From the NCBI GenBank assembly GCA_043228905.1, contig JBHGNT010000007.1, positions 4,092,001 through 4,156,000 of the forward strand: a stretch of 64,000 bases of DNA, written 5' to 3'. A program made the translations under genes and the position numbers. The notes beneath the pieces are model-generated. The model did not search any database, was not told where the DNA came from, and was given only the letters and a program-made list of their open reading frames with translations. Positions 36,686 through 50,300 of this stretch are shown here, one piece after another (position 1 is the first letter of the stretch; the number at the start of each line of letters is the position of its first letter). Source of the DNA: Azolla caroliniana. Its lineage: Eukaryota > Plantae > Polypodiophyta.

Positions 36686-38604
36686 CAGGATGGACGAAAT
36701 TGCAAAATGCTTTTCGAAAACTACTGTTGAAGATATCTTGAAGGCGTTGGTATCCATATTTTTCCTTGCTGTTGTCTTCTCAACTTCATGTACAAATACT
36801 AAACTTTTTTTCCTATAAATTCATAGGATTTGGAAGGGAACAACTGTCATGGTTGGTATAAAGCAACCGCAGATATGTTGAGAAAGGCCTCACCTATGAG
36901 CCTTAAGGTCACTTTACGGTCGGTATGTCTATGATTGACCCATTCATGACATCTGTGTACTGGGTTTCTAGAGCTTGGTTTTCCTCAAACTGAAATTAGC
37001 TGATTTGATTTTTGTCTCAACCGAAATTAACTGATCTCTACCTTAACTTAAAAGGATGTGATTTTATTTTCTTTTGAAAGTTTGTTTACAATTCTGAATG
37101 CTGGGAAGCCAAATAGAAAAGATTTTCATGCTAAGAAAAATATATTCATCTGCTTGCAGATAAGGGAAGGGAGACATCAATCGCTAGGTGAATGTCTTGT
37201 GCGTGAGTACAGGTCAACAGTACGATTTGTGGAACGAAAATTTTCCAATGACCTTTATGAGGTAAATATCACCATCAATTTGTAGTTTATTGCCTCCTTA
37301 TATTTTGATTCTAAGTATCTTAGTTCATGATTTTATGGAGCCCACTAAATAATGCTTCTTATTTGGTTTGGAGTATAACCTGTTTCCATAAGGCAAAAAA
37401 GAGATGGCACACATTTGAAAGAAATTCCTATCTTCCAATTCTGCAGAATACTTGCTCTTTAGCTCATCAAACCTTGAATTTGATATGCCGTCAGTTAGAA
37501 AGTGTTAATATCAAATGTAATAATATATAATGAGACGCTGGTTAATTCAAGCAGAAAAATTGCACTTTTTCTCAGCAGACCTTGAATTTAATATGTCATC
37601 ATCTAGAAAATGCTATTTTGTCAACTTTAATGAAATACGAGTCTTGTAGTAACATCTCAGAGAAACTGATTAATTAAAAAACCATACATTGGATGCTGTC
37701 CCTGCTAAATAATTGTACATTCCATCACACATAAAAAATATCATTTCGTTATCTAAATCCCAACGAAATTCACATTGAGTTGGTTGTTCTTAATTGGTAT
37801 TCCACATGTTTGATCTGCCTTTATACCAAAAATGTTGGTATCATCTAATCGACCCCAGTTTGTATTTGTTAGCAGTCTTGTCCAAGGGGTAGTCTGTTTG
37901 TTGAGGAAGACTTGTTTGAAAGATTATAATTGAGCCTGTATATCAGGAAGTTTTGATTTCTTTTATGCTGGAAAGGTCAATGTTTTTTGTAAAAACTGTC
38001 CAGATCTTTTAATATGGAGAAGTGCATCAGATTCTGTTACATAATATCTTGTTCTACTTCTGGTTTTCCTTTCATATTATTAGCTAATAGGTAATTGTGG
38101 TGCTTACTCTTGCCATCAATCATTCATGGAACAGTGCTAACTTAAGTTGCATCTACATGAACATCTATTTTCCATTGTTTGTTGGTGCATGAAGGGCATT
38201 CGAGCTATTCTAGTGGACAAGGACAGAAACCCGAAGGTATATAACCTGTACTTATTTGTTTGCTTTGCACAAAGTTTAAATCAATGTCATCTTAACTTTC
38301 TTGATTCAAAAAGCTTAAAGGTAATGTTTAAAGGGGTTTGGAAACTCCTTGCCTAGAGTTTACAGGGCAAGTTTCCAAACCACTAGGTTAACTTGCATAT
38401 GAATGATTGTGTTAAACTTTTTAAATATGTGGTTTAATGCTCCTGATAATCTCTATCTTCTGACAGTGGAACCCACCTTCCCTAGATGGTGTCACCCCTG
38501 ATGTAGTGGCTTACTACTTTTCACCATTGAAAAAGGAAGAGGCAAAAGAACTTCAACTTCCTACTCATCGTGAGGGATCACGTAAAATTAGTTCAAAGTT
38601 ATAA
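30196..38604 (+). CDS. CHY1: 3-hydroxyisobutyryl-CoA hydrolase, peroxisomal (CHY1-like); 14 exons: 30196-30228, 32039-32119, 32215-32283, 32362-32425, 32555-32634, 32721-32804, 33729-33813, 34128-34213, 34332-34453, 36689-36749, 36827-36922, 37160-37261, 38195-38236, 38467-38604
   Basis: [59 protein letters not shown]-terminal SKL (PTS1). All junctions are GT-AG and in phase. Confidence 0.93.
34590..36540 (-). mobile_element. RTE-like LINE, internally deleted and degenerate, in CHY1 intron 9
   Basis: APE endonuclease start ([18 protein letters not shown], ~36400-36480). RT motifs [20 protein letters not shown] (decayed YADD), FKYLG. Long 3' region ending in (TC)n. Confidence 0.85.
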
Positions 38605-39939
38605 GCTATGAGGCCTTGTAAATGAGTAATAGACGAATCTCTACCTTTGCTACACATACCAAAGTGTATTTTATGATGTAATTATTGAATTAACTGGATG
38701 TCGATATTTACAAGTGTTACGATTGGAATAAAAGATGCAAAGGAAAGTATCATCATGACAAATAAACGTGGGCTGATCCCATTATTAGTAATTTGGGCTT
38801 TGTGGTAGCTGTATTAGATTGTGGCGAATTAATTAGTGTCCTTTGAAACTGGATTTGTCATATAATAGAAGTCCATTAGATCAAAATCAGAAGGATCTCT
38901 TTGTACAACGATAGATTGATCCTTTTTTTTGCGTATAAGGTTATATCTAGAGTTTAGATGGTAGAGATTTGTGTGAAATTGTGGCATGTTAAAAATTAAA
39001 AATTGAAATGCATTCCATCATGATGATTCAAATGGTTATGAAGATATGGGATGACTTGGCACTTGCTTCATGTTGGTGAATAGATTCCTCTATGAATGCA
39101 GTGTTTTTGCAATGCCACAAGACTTGAGAAATATGTGGAAGCTCACATTTCACACAAAATAGTATCACGTATGCTACACTGAATGACAAACCTATCTTCT
39201 TCTTCTTCTATTGTGGAAACCAATACATGTAATGTGAAACCAATACCTGTTGCTTTCACAGTATGTCACATATATTGTGCCAAATGACAAAACTATCTTC
39301 TTCAAATAGTGTAATCACACTCATCAATGGTTGCTAGAGCTTGTCTCTTTGTCCATCATACACACCATTGTTTTTGTATGACTTAGCTTACTTTCTATTC
39401 AATGTGAGATGAGGCATTGGGGACTCAAGTGTGGAAATTCATTGGTGATGCATTTTCCCCCTTGAACAAGCAAGTTTGAAAGTCTTCGTGTCACTTTGAT
39501 ATATTGCTTTGCGTGTTTGACTACATTTGAAGTTGGTTGCTTTGCCTCTCTTTGGCTGTTGGTTAGATGGTCTACACTATAACATCTATGTCACGAAATT
39601 GAGAGAGAAGGACCTTTTTGTACGAAGTATTGTATAGAGGATGATGAAATCGACAAGAGACTAGTGAATCAAGGAATGCATAATAGAGCAATCACATATT
39701 TCTTCTTGACGCACACCATACATCTTTTAGCCCTCCTACTTCAAACTAGTAAATATAGATTGTCATAGTTCATCACATGTATGGACTAGAACATGAATTG
39801 TTCAAAGGAAACCTCTCTTTTATAGTTATCCAAATGCCTAGAAGTCAAGATCTTCGTAGATGTTTTTGAACATGGACATGTTATAATAGGGCATATTGTT
39901 TAAAGGTTTCAATCAGGAAAGAAAATGCACTATACCTTT

Positions 39940-40190
39940 GAACCCTAGGCTCGTAATAGGGCCATTGAAAAAAAATGTAATATAATTGTGAATTCTGGGC
40001 CCACCATGGTACCTACCATGGACAAAAAGTAGACTATGTCAATGAACCCTAGGCTCTAGGCTCACCATGGTACCATGGACAAAAAATTGGCCCGTGCCAA
40101 GTGAACCATAGGCCCATCATTGGTACTATGGACAAAATTTGGGCTGTACCAAGTGAACCCTAGGCCCATCCATCATGGTACCATGGACAA
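39940..40190. repeat. ~50-60-bp imperfect tandem repeat with ccatggtaccatgg palindrome, upstream of ALG11
   Basis: Four clear units of gaaccctaggcccaYcatggtaccatggacaaaa plus a decayed first unit. Confidence 0.8.
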
Positions 40191-40309
40191 GGTTACAAAG
40201 AAACATTGAATGCATTGGACCATTGCCAATTATTAGAATACTCTTCTTAACAGGAGCTAGGCCTGCCTCTGTTTCTGTTTCTGTCTTTGTCTCTGTTTAG
40301 AGAACAGAG

Positions 40310-43300
40310 ATGGAGATGTGGGGATGTTTGTTTGCAACTCTGCTCGTGATCATCTTCTCATGCTTTCTTGCAGCTTGGCAGTACTTGAGGAATAGAAGGA
40401 GAGAGTACGCAGTGGGGTTCTTCCACCCTTATACTAACGATGGAGGAGGGGGCGAGAGAGTGCTATGGTGTGCAGTGAGAGCTCTTCATGAGCAAGATCC
40501 ACATCTTTCTTGTATCATTTACACAGGAGATAGTGATGCGACCCCTGAGAGTTTATCTGCTCGAGCCCTTCGCGTTTTCGGTGTGAAGCTATCTTCCCAC
40601 CCTAAGGTCAGTGGGATCATCAAAACGAAAATTTGTTTATTTTCTTTTGTGTGTGTGTGAGAGAGATGAAGATGAGATGTTAATGTTTTCAAAAGGGCCA
40701 AAAAATGATATATGAGACCAAATAAATTATACCCAGTTGAGCGATCTTACCCATTTGAGCGATCTGTTACAATGTCTGATATTACATAGGGAACATAAAA
40801 GGAGGAAAGAATCACTACATAAGGTAAATAGAACAGAAATGGAATGGGTAATGCATCAAGCTAGTAATGTTACTACTCATACAAAGATGCAGGGAAGGCA
40901 TTTTATGAGATCCTGCAACATGGGTCTCTCTATTCTATAATGTTAACATCAATATCCTCTATGGAGTATGGTGGGTGGCTGCTAGTGCTACTGCTCAAGT
41001 AAAGATGAAGGGAACACATTTCATGAGATCCTGCAACATTAGTATCTCTACTCTAGAATAGAAACATCCATATCCTCCATCGAGTATGATGCATAGCTTT
41101 GAGCTCCTCTATGGAGTATGGTGGGAGGCTGCTAGTGCTACTGCTCAAGTAAAGATGAAGGGAACACATTTCATGAGATCCTGCAACATGAGTTTCTCTA
41201 CTCTAGAATAGAAACATCCATATCCTCTATCGAGTATAATGCATAGCTTTGAGCTCCAGATTTTCCAATACATTTGCTGTTTATTTTGTCAAGCTCGTCT
41301 GTGCAGTTGACGTCATTTGAAAATGATCAAGCTGGATGAGTGGGTTAATTGCGACTAGGCTCCCCCCCCCCCTTAGAGGGATGCTATATATGGAGGTACC
41401 AAGAGGTGTGGTGTGTGACCACGAGTGTTCATGGCCATCCCATTCTCTGTTATTGTGCAGTATCCTGGGGTTGGTCCGTCTCTCATAATAATCGATGACT
41501 TGATCTAAAGGTCAAAGAATTCCATAAAAAGATGGGAAATACCCTTGAATTCATAGTAATGCTCCTGTCTCAGACATCTCTGAATAATAAGAGGTATGCC
41601 GTCTGTAATTGAACCTGATCTCAGGATTAATGATAATTGACTGAATGATCATCTGAAGGTCTTTTCAATGATCACCGCATCACACTTCTATTTCTGTCCA
41701 GCAACCTACTCGCCATATTGTTTCTGCTAATCTTATGATATCTGCATGCGGCCTTCAAATATTTTCAGAGATTATTCAGATAATAAATATTACTTCCCTA
41801 GTGCATCCTTATGTTTCCCAAACTCCTTTAGGGCATCCATCAACACCTTGTATCATTTCTTCAATTGTAGTTCTTTGAGCAGCGTCTGCTGTCGCATTAA
41901 GCAGGCTTCATGAACTGATGCTTACTGTTTTTTTTTGGAGTAGGTGTCAACGTTGTTGACTCATGCCATTAATTCCTCTGCTATAGTCAAAATGTCCTGT
42001 ACATCTGCCCCAAGGCACTGTGGAGTTTAGCTTTGTTTAGCCAAAGCTCTTCTTCGAGATCTTCTAACAATTGACGTTTCCCTGACTGGCATTCTCCATG
42101 AATTATTGTGCTGTCAGATTCTCGAGTGATGAAAGTATAATGGGCACTCAACCTTCCCCTTCTTTGCAATTGTCTCCTTGGGTTTTGTTGGCTATTGGTG
42201 TTCCTTGAGTCGAGGTATCATCCTCTGGTTTCCACTAACCAGTCCTGTAGGACACTTCCCCTAAAAGGAAGATTTTGATTCTGATTTTAGGTAGTCATAT
42301 GCACATACCCAAAGGAAGCATGACAGAGGAGTTTACGGATGTGCATATGCCAATGTGACTGTTTACCAAAGGCTCAAATCCATCTCCTTTTGAAACTTCT
42401 CTTCACTCCCTGGAAAACCCAGGAAACATCTCCTTGTTGTGATTTAGGCTTGCTCTTTGATGAGGGAGGAAAAATCTGCAAGTCAATAATGATGTGAAGC
42501 ATCCTCTGGAGGCCTGTGTCGGGAGGGATTCACAAGTGTTGCACCTCAGATGGTGAAAGTCAGTACCCAAAAGTATGATTGGTTCACACTCCAATGGAAG
42601 TTGCATGGAGCATGTGAAATTGTGTGTGGATCATAAAGGATCACCTTGCAAATGTGATATGCTGGAAGGATCATCTCTCTCTCTCTCTCTCTCTAAACAT
42701 GTGCATTTCATAGGCTTAGAAATAGCCAGTAGAGATGTATTTATGTATTATTAGTAGTGATGGTTATAGCATCATGTTGGCACTCTTTTTCATCCAAAGT
42801 TGCAGCACATATGTGTCTCCTGATGGAAGATGAAACATTGGTTTCCCTGTATTTCCCCTCTTGGAAATGGTAAAACAAAATTAAAAATTATATTTTCATG
42901 CATTATTGTTTCAGAATTTGTTATTCACCTTGTTTCTGAGATTTACTGTGAGTGTTTGAATGTTTTGCATCATCTAAAATGGCCAGTAATTCTTTCACCA
43001 TAAACTTGCAGTTGATCCCTTTGCCAGTCCTACTCCACAAACCACACTGTCAACCGAAATTTCTAATTATATAATACTCTTCTCAGGGAACCACAGCTAA
43101 CAGCCCACATCTAATACTTATGTCATTGTATCTATCTGTGATTTGTATTTGGTACTTTATTAATGTGTTTTGTATGTTTATTTCCATGTAATCAAGTAGA
43201 AAAAATTTAATTGTAGATATTTTCAAGTTGCTATAAGTTCTATATGTACTCATGCATATATGGATGTATCTTTGTCTTTACGTACATATAGCCTTTAAAT

Positions 43301-45623
43301 AAATTAGCCTCTGAGGTTTGAGGCTGCATTGTTGTCGCTGCCGCATCCAACAGTCTCCGTTGTTTCGTAATACTTTCTTCTGTGCAGCAGCCGTGGTTTC
43401 ATCTAATTATAATTCAAACCTAGTAAATCGATCTAACATTGGTTGATTGGAAATTGCTGTTTTAAATTCATTGTGTGGATAAATAAATAGATCAAAATGG
43501 ACATGACCTTTTTTTGGTTTGGTTTTGAGTTATTTGTTGTCACATGTTGGGCATGATCTTATCATTACGTTGAAATGCTCAGGTTGTGCATTTGCAAAAG
43601 AGATTTTGGGTGGAAGCTAAAACATACCCTCACTTTACAGTCCTTGGGCAAAGTCTAGGGTCAATGGTTCTTGGAATGGAAGCTTTGATGAAATGTACAC
43701 CATTGATTTTCTTTGACACAAGCGGATATGCATTCATCTACCCTCTTGCCCGAGCTTTTGGATGCAAAGTGGTTTGCTATACACATTATCCCACTGTAAG
43801 CTCTGACATGTTTGCAAGGGTTCTTGGGCGAACAACATTGTACAACAATAACAATTTCATTGCTCGAAGGCAAGTAAAATTATACTTCATTGGTAAGTTT
43901 TGGCCATATGATAAACATTCAAACCAATGAGTTCTGAAAGTAAAGTGTGTATTGTGTTTGTTTGCAGTTTATTCCTCTCTTTATTTAAGGCTATCTATTA
44001 CCTATTGATGACAATACTATATGGCTTCGTTGGCTGTTATGCAAATCTTGCTATGGTAAATTCTTCTTGGACACAATCTCATATTCAAAAATTATGGAGG
44101 ATATCCGATCGAATTGTGCGGATTTATCCTCCTTGCGATACACGGACATTACAGGTGTGTCATTCTTGCAGTTTGCTGTTTGATTGGTTTGTTTTTCTAG
44201 CACTTTTGAAGGTCTTATAATAAATCCTGATGCAGACACTTCCTTTAGCAAAGAAAGGTGACGATAACAACACATTTTTCATCTCGGTGGCGCAGTTTAG
44301 ACCAGAAAAGGTCAGTTGGTATCTCTTGGTTGCATCATGTAAGTGGAATTCTGTGTATGATTTACTAAGCTATTTCTTTGGTTCATATATAGGCTCATGA
44401 TATGCAACTTGAAGCTTTTGCGAAAGTGGTGAATTGTCTATATACAGATGAATATTTTATAAGAAACAAAATAAATAGCATTCAGTTGAAATTGGTAGGG
44501 AGTTGCCGTCACAAAGAAGATGAAGGTCGTGTTGAAAAGCTGAAACTGAAATGCAAGGACTTGGGCATTGAAAACCATGTGGATTTTCTCATCAATGTTT
44601 CATACAGGTAATACTTATATAGTTGGAAATTCTTTTGAGTGTTAACTATTATATCACATATCTATGATTTTTAGCCTTTGGAGAATAAAATTGTAAACTA
44701 GATTTATTTGGAAAAAAGTGTTTGTGAACTCTTGGTGCAATGATGGGGATTGAGAACCGAATTTTGAAAGCAAACATTGTAGGAGAAGAGTCTGTTTGTT
44801 AATCCTCAGTGCAATGGTTTCTAAGTAGTGTTTTTTCCTGACGATACAACATTGGATTTATTACTTTAGACTTGAGACCATGACATGGCCTTGACCTTAA
44901 GGTTATGAATCATAAGCTTTGCCAGCACGCCATCAAATTTATACCTTGAGTTTGTGATTTCATTTCTAATGAAAATACAAAGTCAATTCTTGTAGTGCTG
45001 AAGAGTCTAGCTTCAATGCTGCTATTAATATTTGAAAATTTTCTGTATGGCTATATAGAGAGCTGGTTGAACTGCTGGGAGGTGCCATAGCTGGATTGCA
45101 TTCAATGATAGATGAGCACTTCGGCATTGTTGTCGTAGAGTACATGGCAGCTGGTGTCATACCAATAGGTTGTCTCTTGTTTGCATGTTTTATTTTGGAA
45201 CAAAACCAAAATACCTCCTGACTTGTAGCATATTTACGAATGCCCCTGTGGAAACTTTGGGGTATGGTTATAAATATCCAAGTTAGGGGGGGTTATTCTT
45301 GTGTGTTTGATCTTTTTTCTTGTTAATTTAATGAATGATAATAATGCCTTATTTGGTAAATAGCTCATAATTCGGCTGGACCGAAGATGGACATTGTTGT
45401 TGATCAAGATGGTGAAAAGACTGGATTTTTGGCTGCTTCTGTGCAAGAATATGCGATTGCAATGACAAGTGTGTTGAAAATGCCACGAGAGCAACGCATG
45501 CAAATGGCAATGCTAGCAAGGAAAAGGGCGATGTCTTTCTCTGTTGAACAGTTCGATAAAAGCTTTAAGTCAGCTATGTCTTCTATCTTGGATCAAATAA
45601 AATCAAAGTACTGCGATAATTAG
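40310..45623 (+). CDS. ALG11: GDP-Man:Man3GlcNAc2-PP-Dol alpha-1,2-mannosyltransferase; 7 exons: 40310-40606, 43583-43869, 43968-44154, 44236-44310, 44393-44607, 45059-45168, 45364-45623
   Basis: N-terminal TM helix, [53 protein letters not shown] (EX7E), [11 protein letters not shown]. Confidence 0.96.
40956..41255. repeat. 150-bp tandem duplication in ALG11 intron 1 (with an older partial copy from ~40860)
   Basis: cctctatggagtatggtggg...gcatagctttgagct starts at 40956 and 41106. Confidence 0.9.
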
Positions 45624-48600
45624 CATCGATAAAACAATTACACAATACAATCCTGCACTTCCACCCCTTACATAGTGGCATGATTGCCTTACATACTCCT
45701 GTGGGTGGGTTCACGATAGGGTGCCTACTTGATTGATTCCCATGTCACCATGTAGCTCATGCTTGCTCGAATTCATCTCTAGAATGCTCCTTCCATTCAA
45801 CACATTGAAAATTGATGTGTTCAACACAGATTTAGACATAACCACCCCAGCTTTCATGCCCTTGCAATGTCCATCTGGTGACATAAAGCCTCATTGATAT
45901 ATGTTGGTTGGGACTTTTAAAATTATGGAAATTATTCTGGTATTATTGCAAGTTAAATTTACAATAATCATTGGCAATTAACAGTTAGCACAATTGTTTG
46001 TCTAAGGATGCCCAATAATGATGATCAAAGTCGTGCTTGGCCTTGGTAGCTTTGATTTTGTATGAATTGATTTCTATTGTTATGCAAGGTAAAATTAATT
46101 TGTTTGTGATCGGTAGATGATTATTTTACACAATTTAAAAATGATGATGTTTTTTACACACGAGTAAAGAACAAGCAAGGACAAGTTTAAATAGATGGAG
46201 GTTATGATTTGATTTATTTGTATTTTTCGGAAATTATTTAGGTTGTCAACACTTGATAATTTTGCCTAATCGTACATTCATAATGATTATAAAGAAAAAT
46301 AAATTGATGGGGCGGATAGGTTTTCTCAACGTATATGTAGTGATTGCTAGCAGACTATACTCATAATAAAGCATTTGATGATGCATATACTTGATCATGA
46401 TCTATTGTTAGGTATGTGAATGATGCATGCTTGCTTTATTAGTTTTCCATGTGCGTATTCTCCATAGGTCTTGCCACAATACCTTATTTCCACTCTCATC
46501 ATCATGGAGACATAGGATGTAAATTCTTCACATTGAGGCCAATGTTGGACCAGTTTGTTGTTTAGGTGACATGGGTCATAATCAGTTGATAAGGGTAAAC
46601 TGTTTGGAGCAACGTTTCTACTATTATGGGCCCTCAAATTATGTCATTGAAAACGACGACTTTGGTGTATGTACCTCTTGTTGGTTAATGTTATGTCCAT
46701 CTATGTATGGATGGGGGACCCATAGTTGGTTACATGAGAAATACTTGTTTTCTAAGCATGAGTTTTGGAATGACATTGACATGTACGTGCATACAAATTG
46801 GTTATTTAATTTCAGCACTTTTATCTTGTAAAGAGAAATATTATCCCTTTTCATTTCTTTTGATTGCATTGTGACACATGGGTGGTGTTATAGAAGAGTC
46901 AACTTTGTTTCCAACTTATTGTTGGGGACACAATAGTGAGTTTTCAAATGAAGTTGGTTGCTAGTTGCATGACAATTCATATGTTTTGTAAACCGAAAAA
47001 GAAGAACAAACAACTTACTTTTTCGACACCAACAATGTTGGTCCATCTAAACATCAATTTTTTTCAAGAAAGCTTTTTTGTCTCTTACATATACATGCGT
47101 ATATTTAGTTCTCCGAACCTTTTGAAGAAGCTATGTATCCATCCATATTGAAAAATGAAGTATATATTTTTTATATGTGTTGTAAATGTAGATCTCTAAT
47201 TCATGAAGCCTAATTTTTTAACAATTACTATAAAAACAAATGTGGTTAGTAAAGGGCTCACTTCACATGTGGGGAAACTATAACCCAATCATTATGTTGA
47301 GAACAGATTCTCCAACTCGACAAATGACCATGTCATATCATTGTCCCATATTGAATCCAATGAAACTATGAACTAAATTGGTAAGAATGAAATAACCACA
47401 ATCAGATTTTGTACATGATTAAGCCACCCATAAGCAAATGGGCTTGCTTCTATGTAAACCTATGGTTTACCTTGAATTAGCGATTCTCTACCCAACTAAA
47501 AGTGCGTCTTGTTAGTTCTTGATGTGTTACATGCATAAATATGGTCCGGCATATATTTGAAAGGAACCGCTTATGTTGGATATAGTTCCATTAGCTTGGC
47601 GGATGGTCATTTTGCTAGGAATTTAACCTATAGATACTCTACTCCTCACTTATTCTACTTCTTTGCTGTGAACATATAGAGTTCCATCTCTTCTGTGTAT
47701 CAAGGTATAACTATCTCTTGCAAGTTGCATGACCATTTCCCAATATAAGTGTGTGTTGCTTTGCTCTCATGAGTCATGACTAAGAGACATGAGGGGACCT
47801 ATGCCTATTTATGACAAGCATATTTAGTTGGGTGAAGAGCATATTCTCTCATACCCTCTCCCACATGATACATTTGATTTATTATTTCATCTTTATACAC
47901 TAAATTTGTACATTATGCCTTTGTGTGCAAGTCTAATGCTATCTGATACCCATGTTCGCCATGTTTTACGAACAAACTTTACCTTAAAGGGCGGTGACTT
48001 ATTAGACTTTCAAAACCTCTTGAGCTTAAAGAGAATTCAGAGCTCTCTCGTTCATGTACAATATATAAATCACGATAATGAGGCCACATGGAGACTCATA
48101 GTTAAGGTCAATTGGGTTCTCTAGATTCATGGAGGGGAAAATGTCCTGCCAAACTTACGAAGCGATGATGTAAAAGATTATAGGATGTGATCTTGTGTGG
48201 AGATAGAAGTGAGAGGTCTTATTGGAAAGACTTCAAAAGACTCTATATATGTATATAAAGGAGTTAGAGAGTAGTGTCTCGAGGACAAGTTCGAGGCACA
48301 ATGTGGGGCATGTCTCGAAAAAGATACGAAGACACTTTTTGTTCGGGGAATTTCGGTGAGAAAGGAGGGAGGGCTATTATTTGTATAAATAATGATTGCA
48401 GAGAGAGTTCTTGGGGGCGATTATTGTGAATGAGTTTGGTCTAGTAAAAATCTTGTGTTATGTGATTGATGATGAATGAGAGTTATTGAGAGGTAAGCAA
48501 AGAGAAAGGTGTTAAGGGGCATTTTATGTAGATATCCTAAAATTACCTTAGGAGAAGGGAGGGGCATTTATGAGAATTTTGGGAAACCAAAAAATAAATA

Positions 48601-48767
48601 AATATTGAAGCCCATACTTAGTAAGCAAAGGCCACACAAAATGCATGCATTATTGAAAAACAAAATGAAAAAATAGACAAAAATACATAGATAAATAGTA
48701 GTAGCAATAATAAATAAGTAAATAAATAGATAAATAGGTAAATACATAAATAGATAAGTTAAATTGG

Positions 48768-48940
<173 letters not shown>

Positions 48941-50300
48941 AATAAAGAGAATACAAGAAAAAAACACCCTAAATTATCTGTTCTGTCCTTCTTGTCTTTG
49001 CTCCACATGGATTGCTAAATTTTTTTTTGGCTCTACTTTAAGCTTCCATGGCTGAGCTTCAACCGCTGTTTTAAGCTCCCATGGTTCAGTTTTAAGCAAA
49101 TGGAACCCTAATTTCGTCATCCCTGTTTTCTTATTCATCTTCTCAAGCTTTCATGGCCGAGCTCCAAATACATACCCCGATTTTTCTCCTTCTGATAATA
49201 TCTCGTCCACCTGGGTTTTCTCTCTTTGCAACATAGGAACTCATGGGCTCTTTACGCATCAAGGTTTTAGGGCTTTTAGAAATCCCCAACTCCTTAGCTT
49301 TAAAAAAAAAAAAACCCTAGTTCCATATCTTCATAAAACCCTAATTTCCTGGCTTTTGTTTAAAAAGCCCTAAATTTTATTTTTTTCTTCTACAAAAAAT
49401 GAAAATATTAAACTTGAGCAATGTTTTTAAACCCTAAATTTATACAATTCTCTTGTATCTTGGAAAAGGAAACCCTAAATTCATAGCTTTGATAGATTAT
49501 TTCCCAGCAGTCTAAAAGAAAACCCCAATTTCATTCCTTCACGAGAAGCCCTAATTCCATAACCTCCAGAATAAACCCTAATTTCACCATCTCCGTTAGT
49601 TCCATGGTATGATCTGATTAGTTTTTTAAGTGTTCTTTGCTGTTGCTTGTTTTTTTGTTTCTTAGGCCTTCATTTTGACTGTCTTCGCAACTTTTTAGTT
49701 TTAGCTTTATTGCTGTTCTAGCTTTTTTTTGGTTGCTTTTCTCAGTTCTTTTTTGCTTTCGTGATCCTCTATCGAGGATCTGGTCATTGATTCTCTCTTA
49801 AAAGAGTATCTCTGGCCAGATCTTCTTCTGATCGCAGATGAGTACTTTCAAGACCAGATTGTTGGATAGAAAGATTTGGCCGACTTGGATGCATTACTAT
49901 AATTATTATTACTCTTAACCATAGCCCTTGGCTAGATTAGAAGTAGATTTAGTTATTATAACTTCCTAAATCCTAATCCCTAAGCAGATACGGAAGATCT
50001 TAGGTCTTGTGAAGCCCTAATCCTTGTCAAGCAGATCAGAAAATTTTAAGGCTATTGGAACCCTAATTCAATTGTGACATCAGAGTGTTATCTTACTGTT
50101 TTCTAAGCTATGAATCTTACACATATCAGAAAGTTTTAGGTCTTCTAATACCCGATTATTCTATTGAAAGGGGGGTGTTTAGGGTCTTTTAAATTCTAAG
50201 ATCCTCTCAAATCCTAATTGTTGAAGCCTTTTCTTTTGTCATTTGAAACCCTAATCTCGAGCTTCCAAACACTTAACGTCCTGAATTAAAAATCTCCATT

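Noticed and set aside
45700-47900. Short ORFs and possible old Copia/transposase debris
   Set aside because: No motif I could recognise with confidence.
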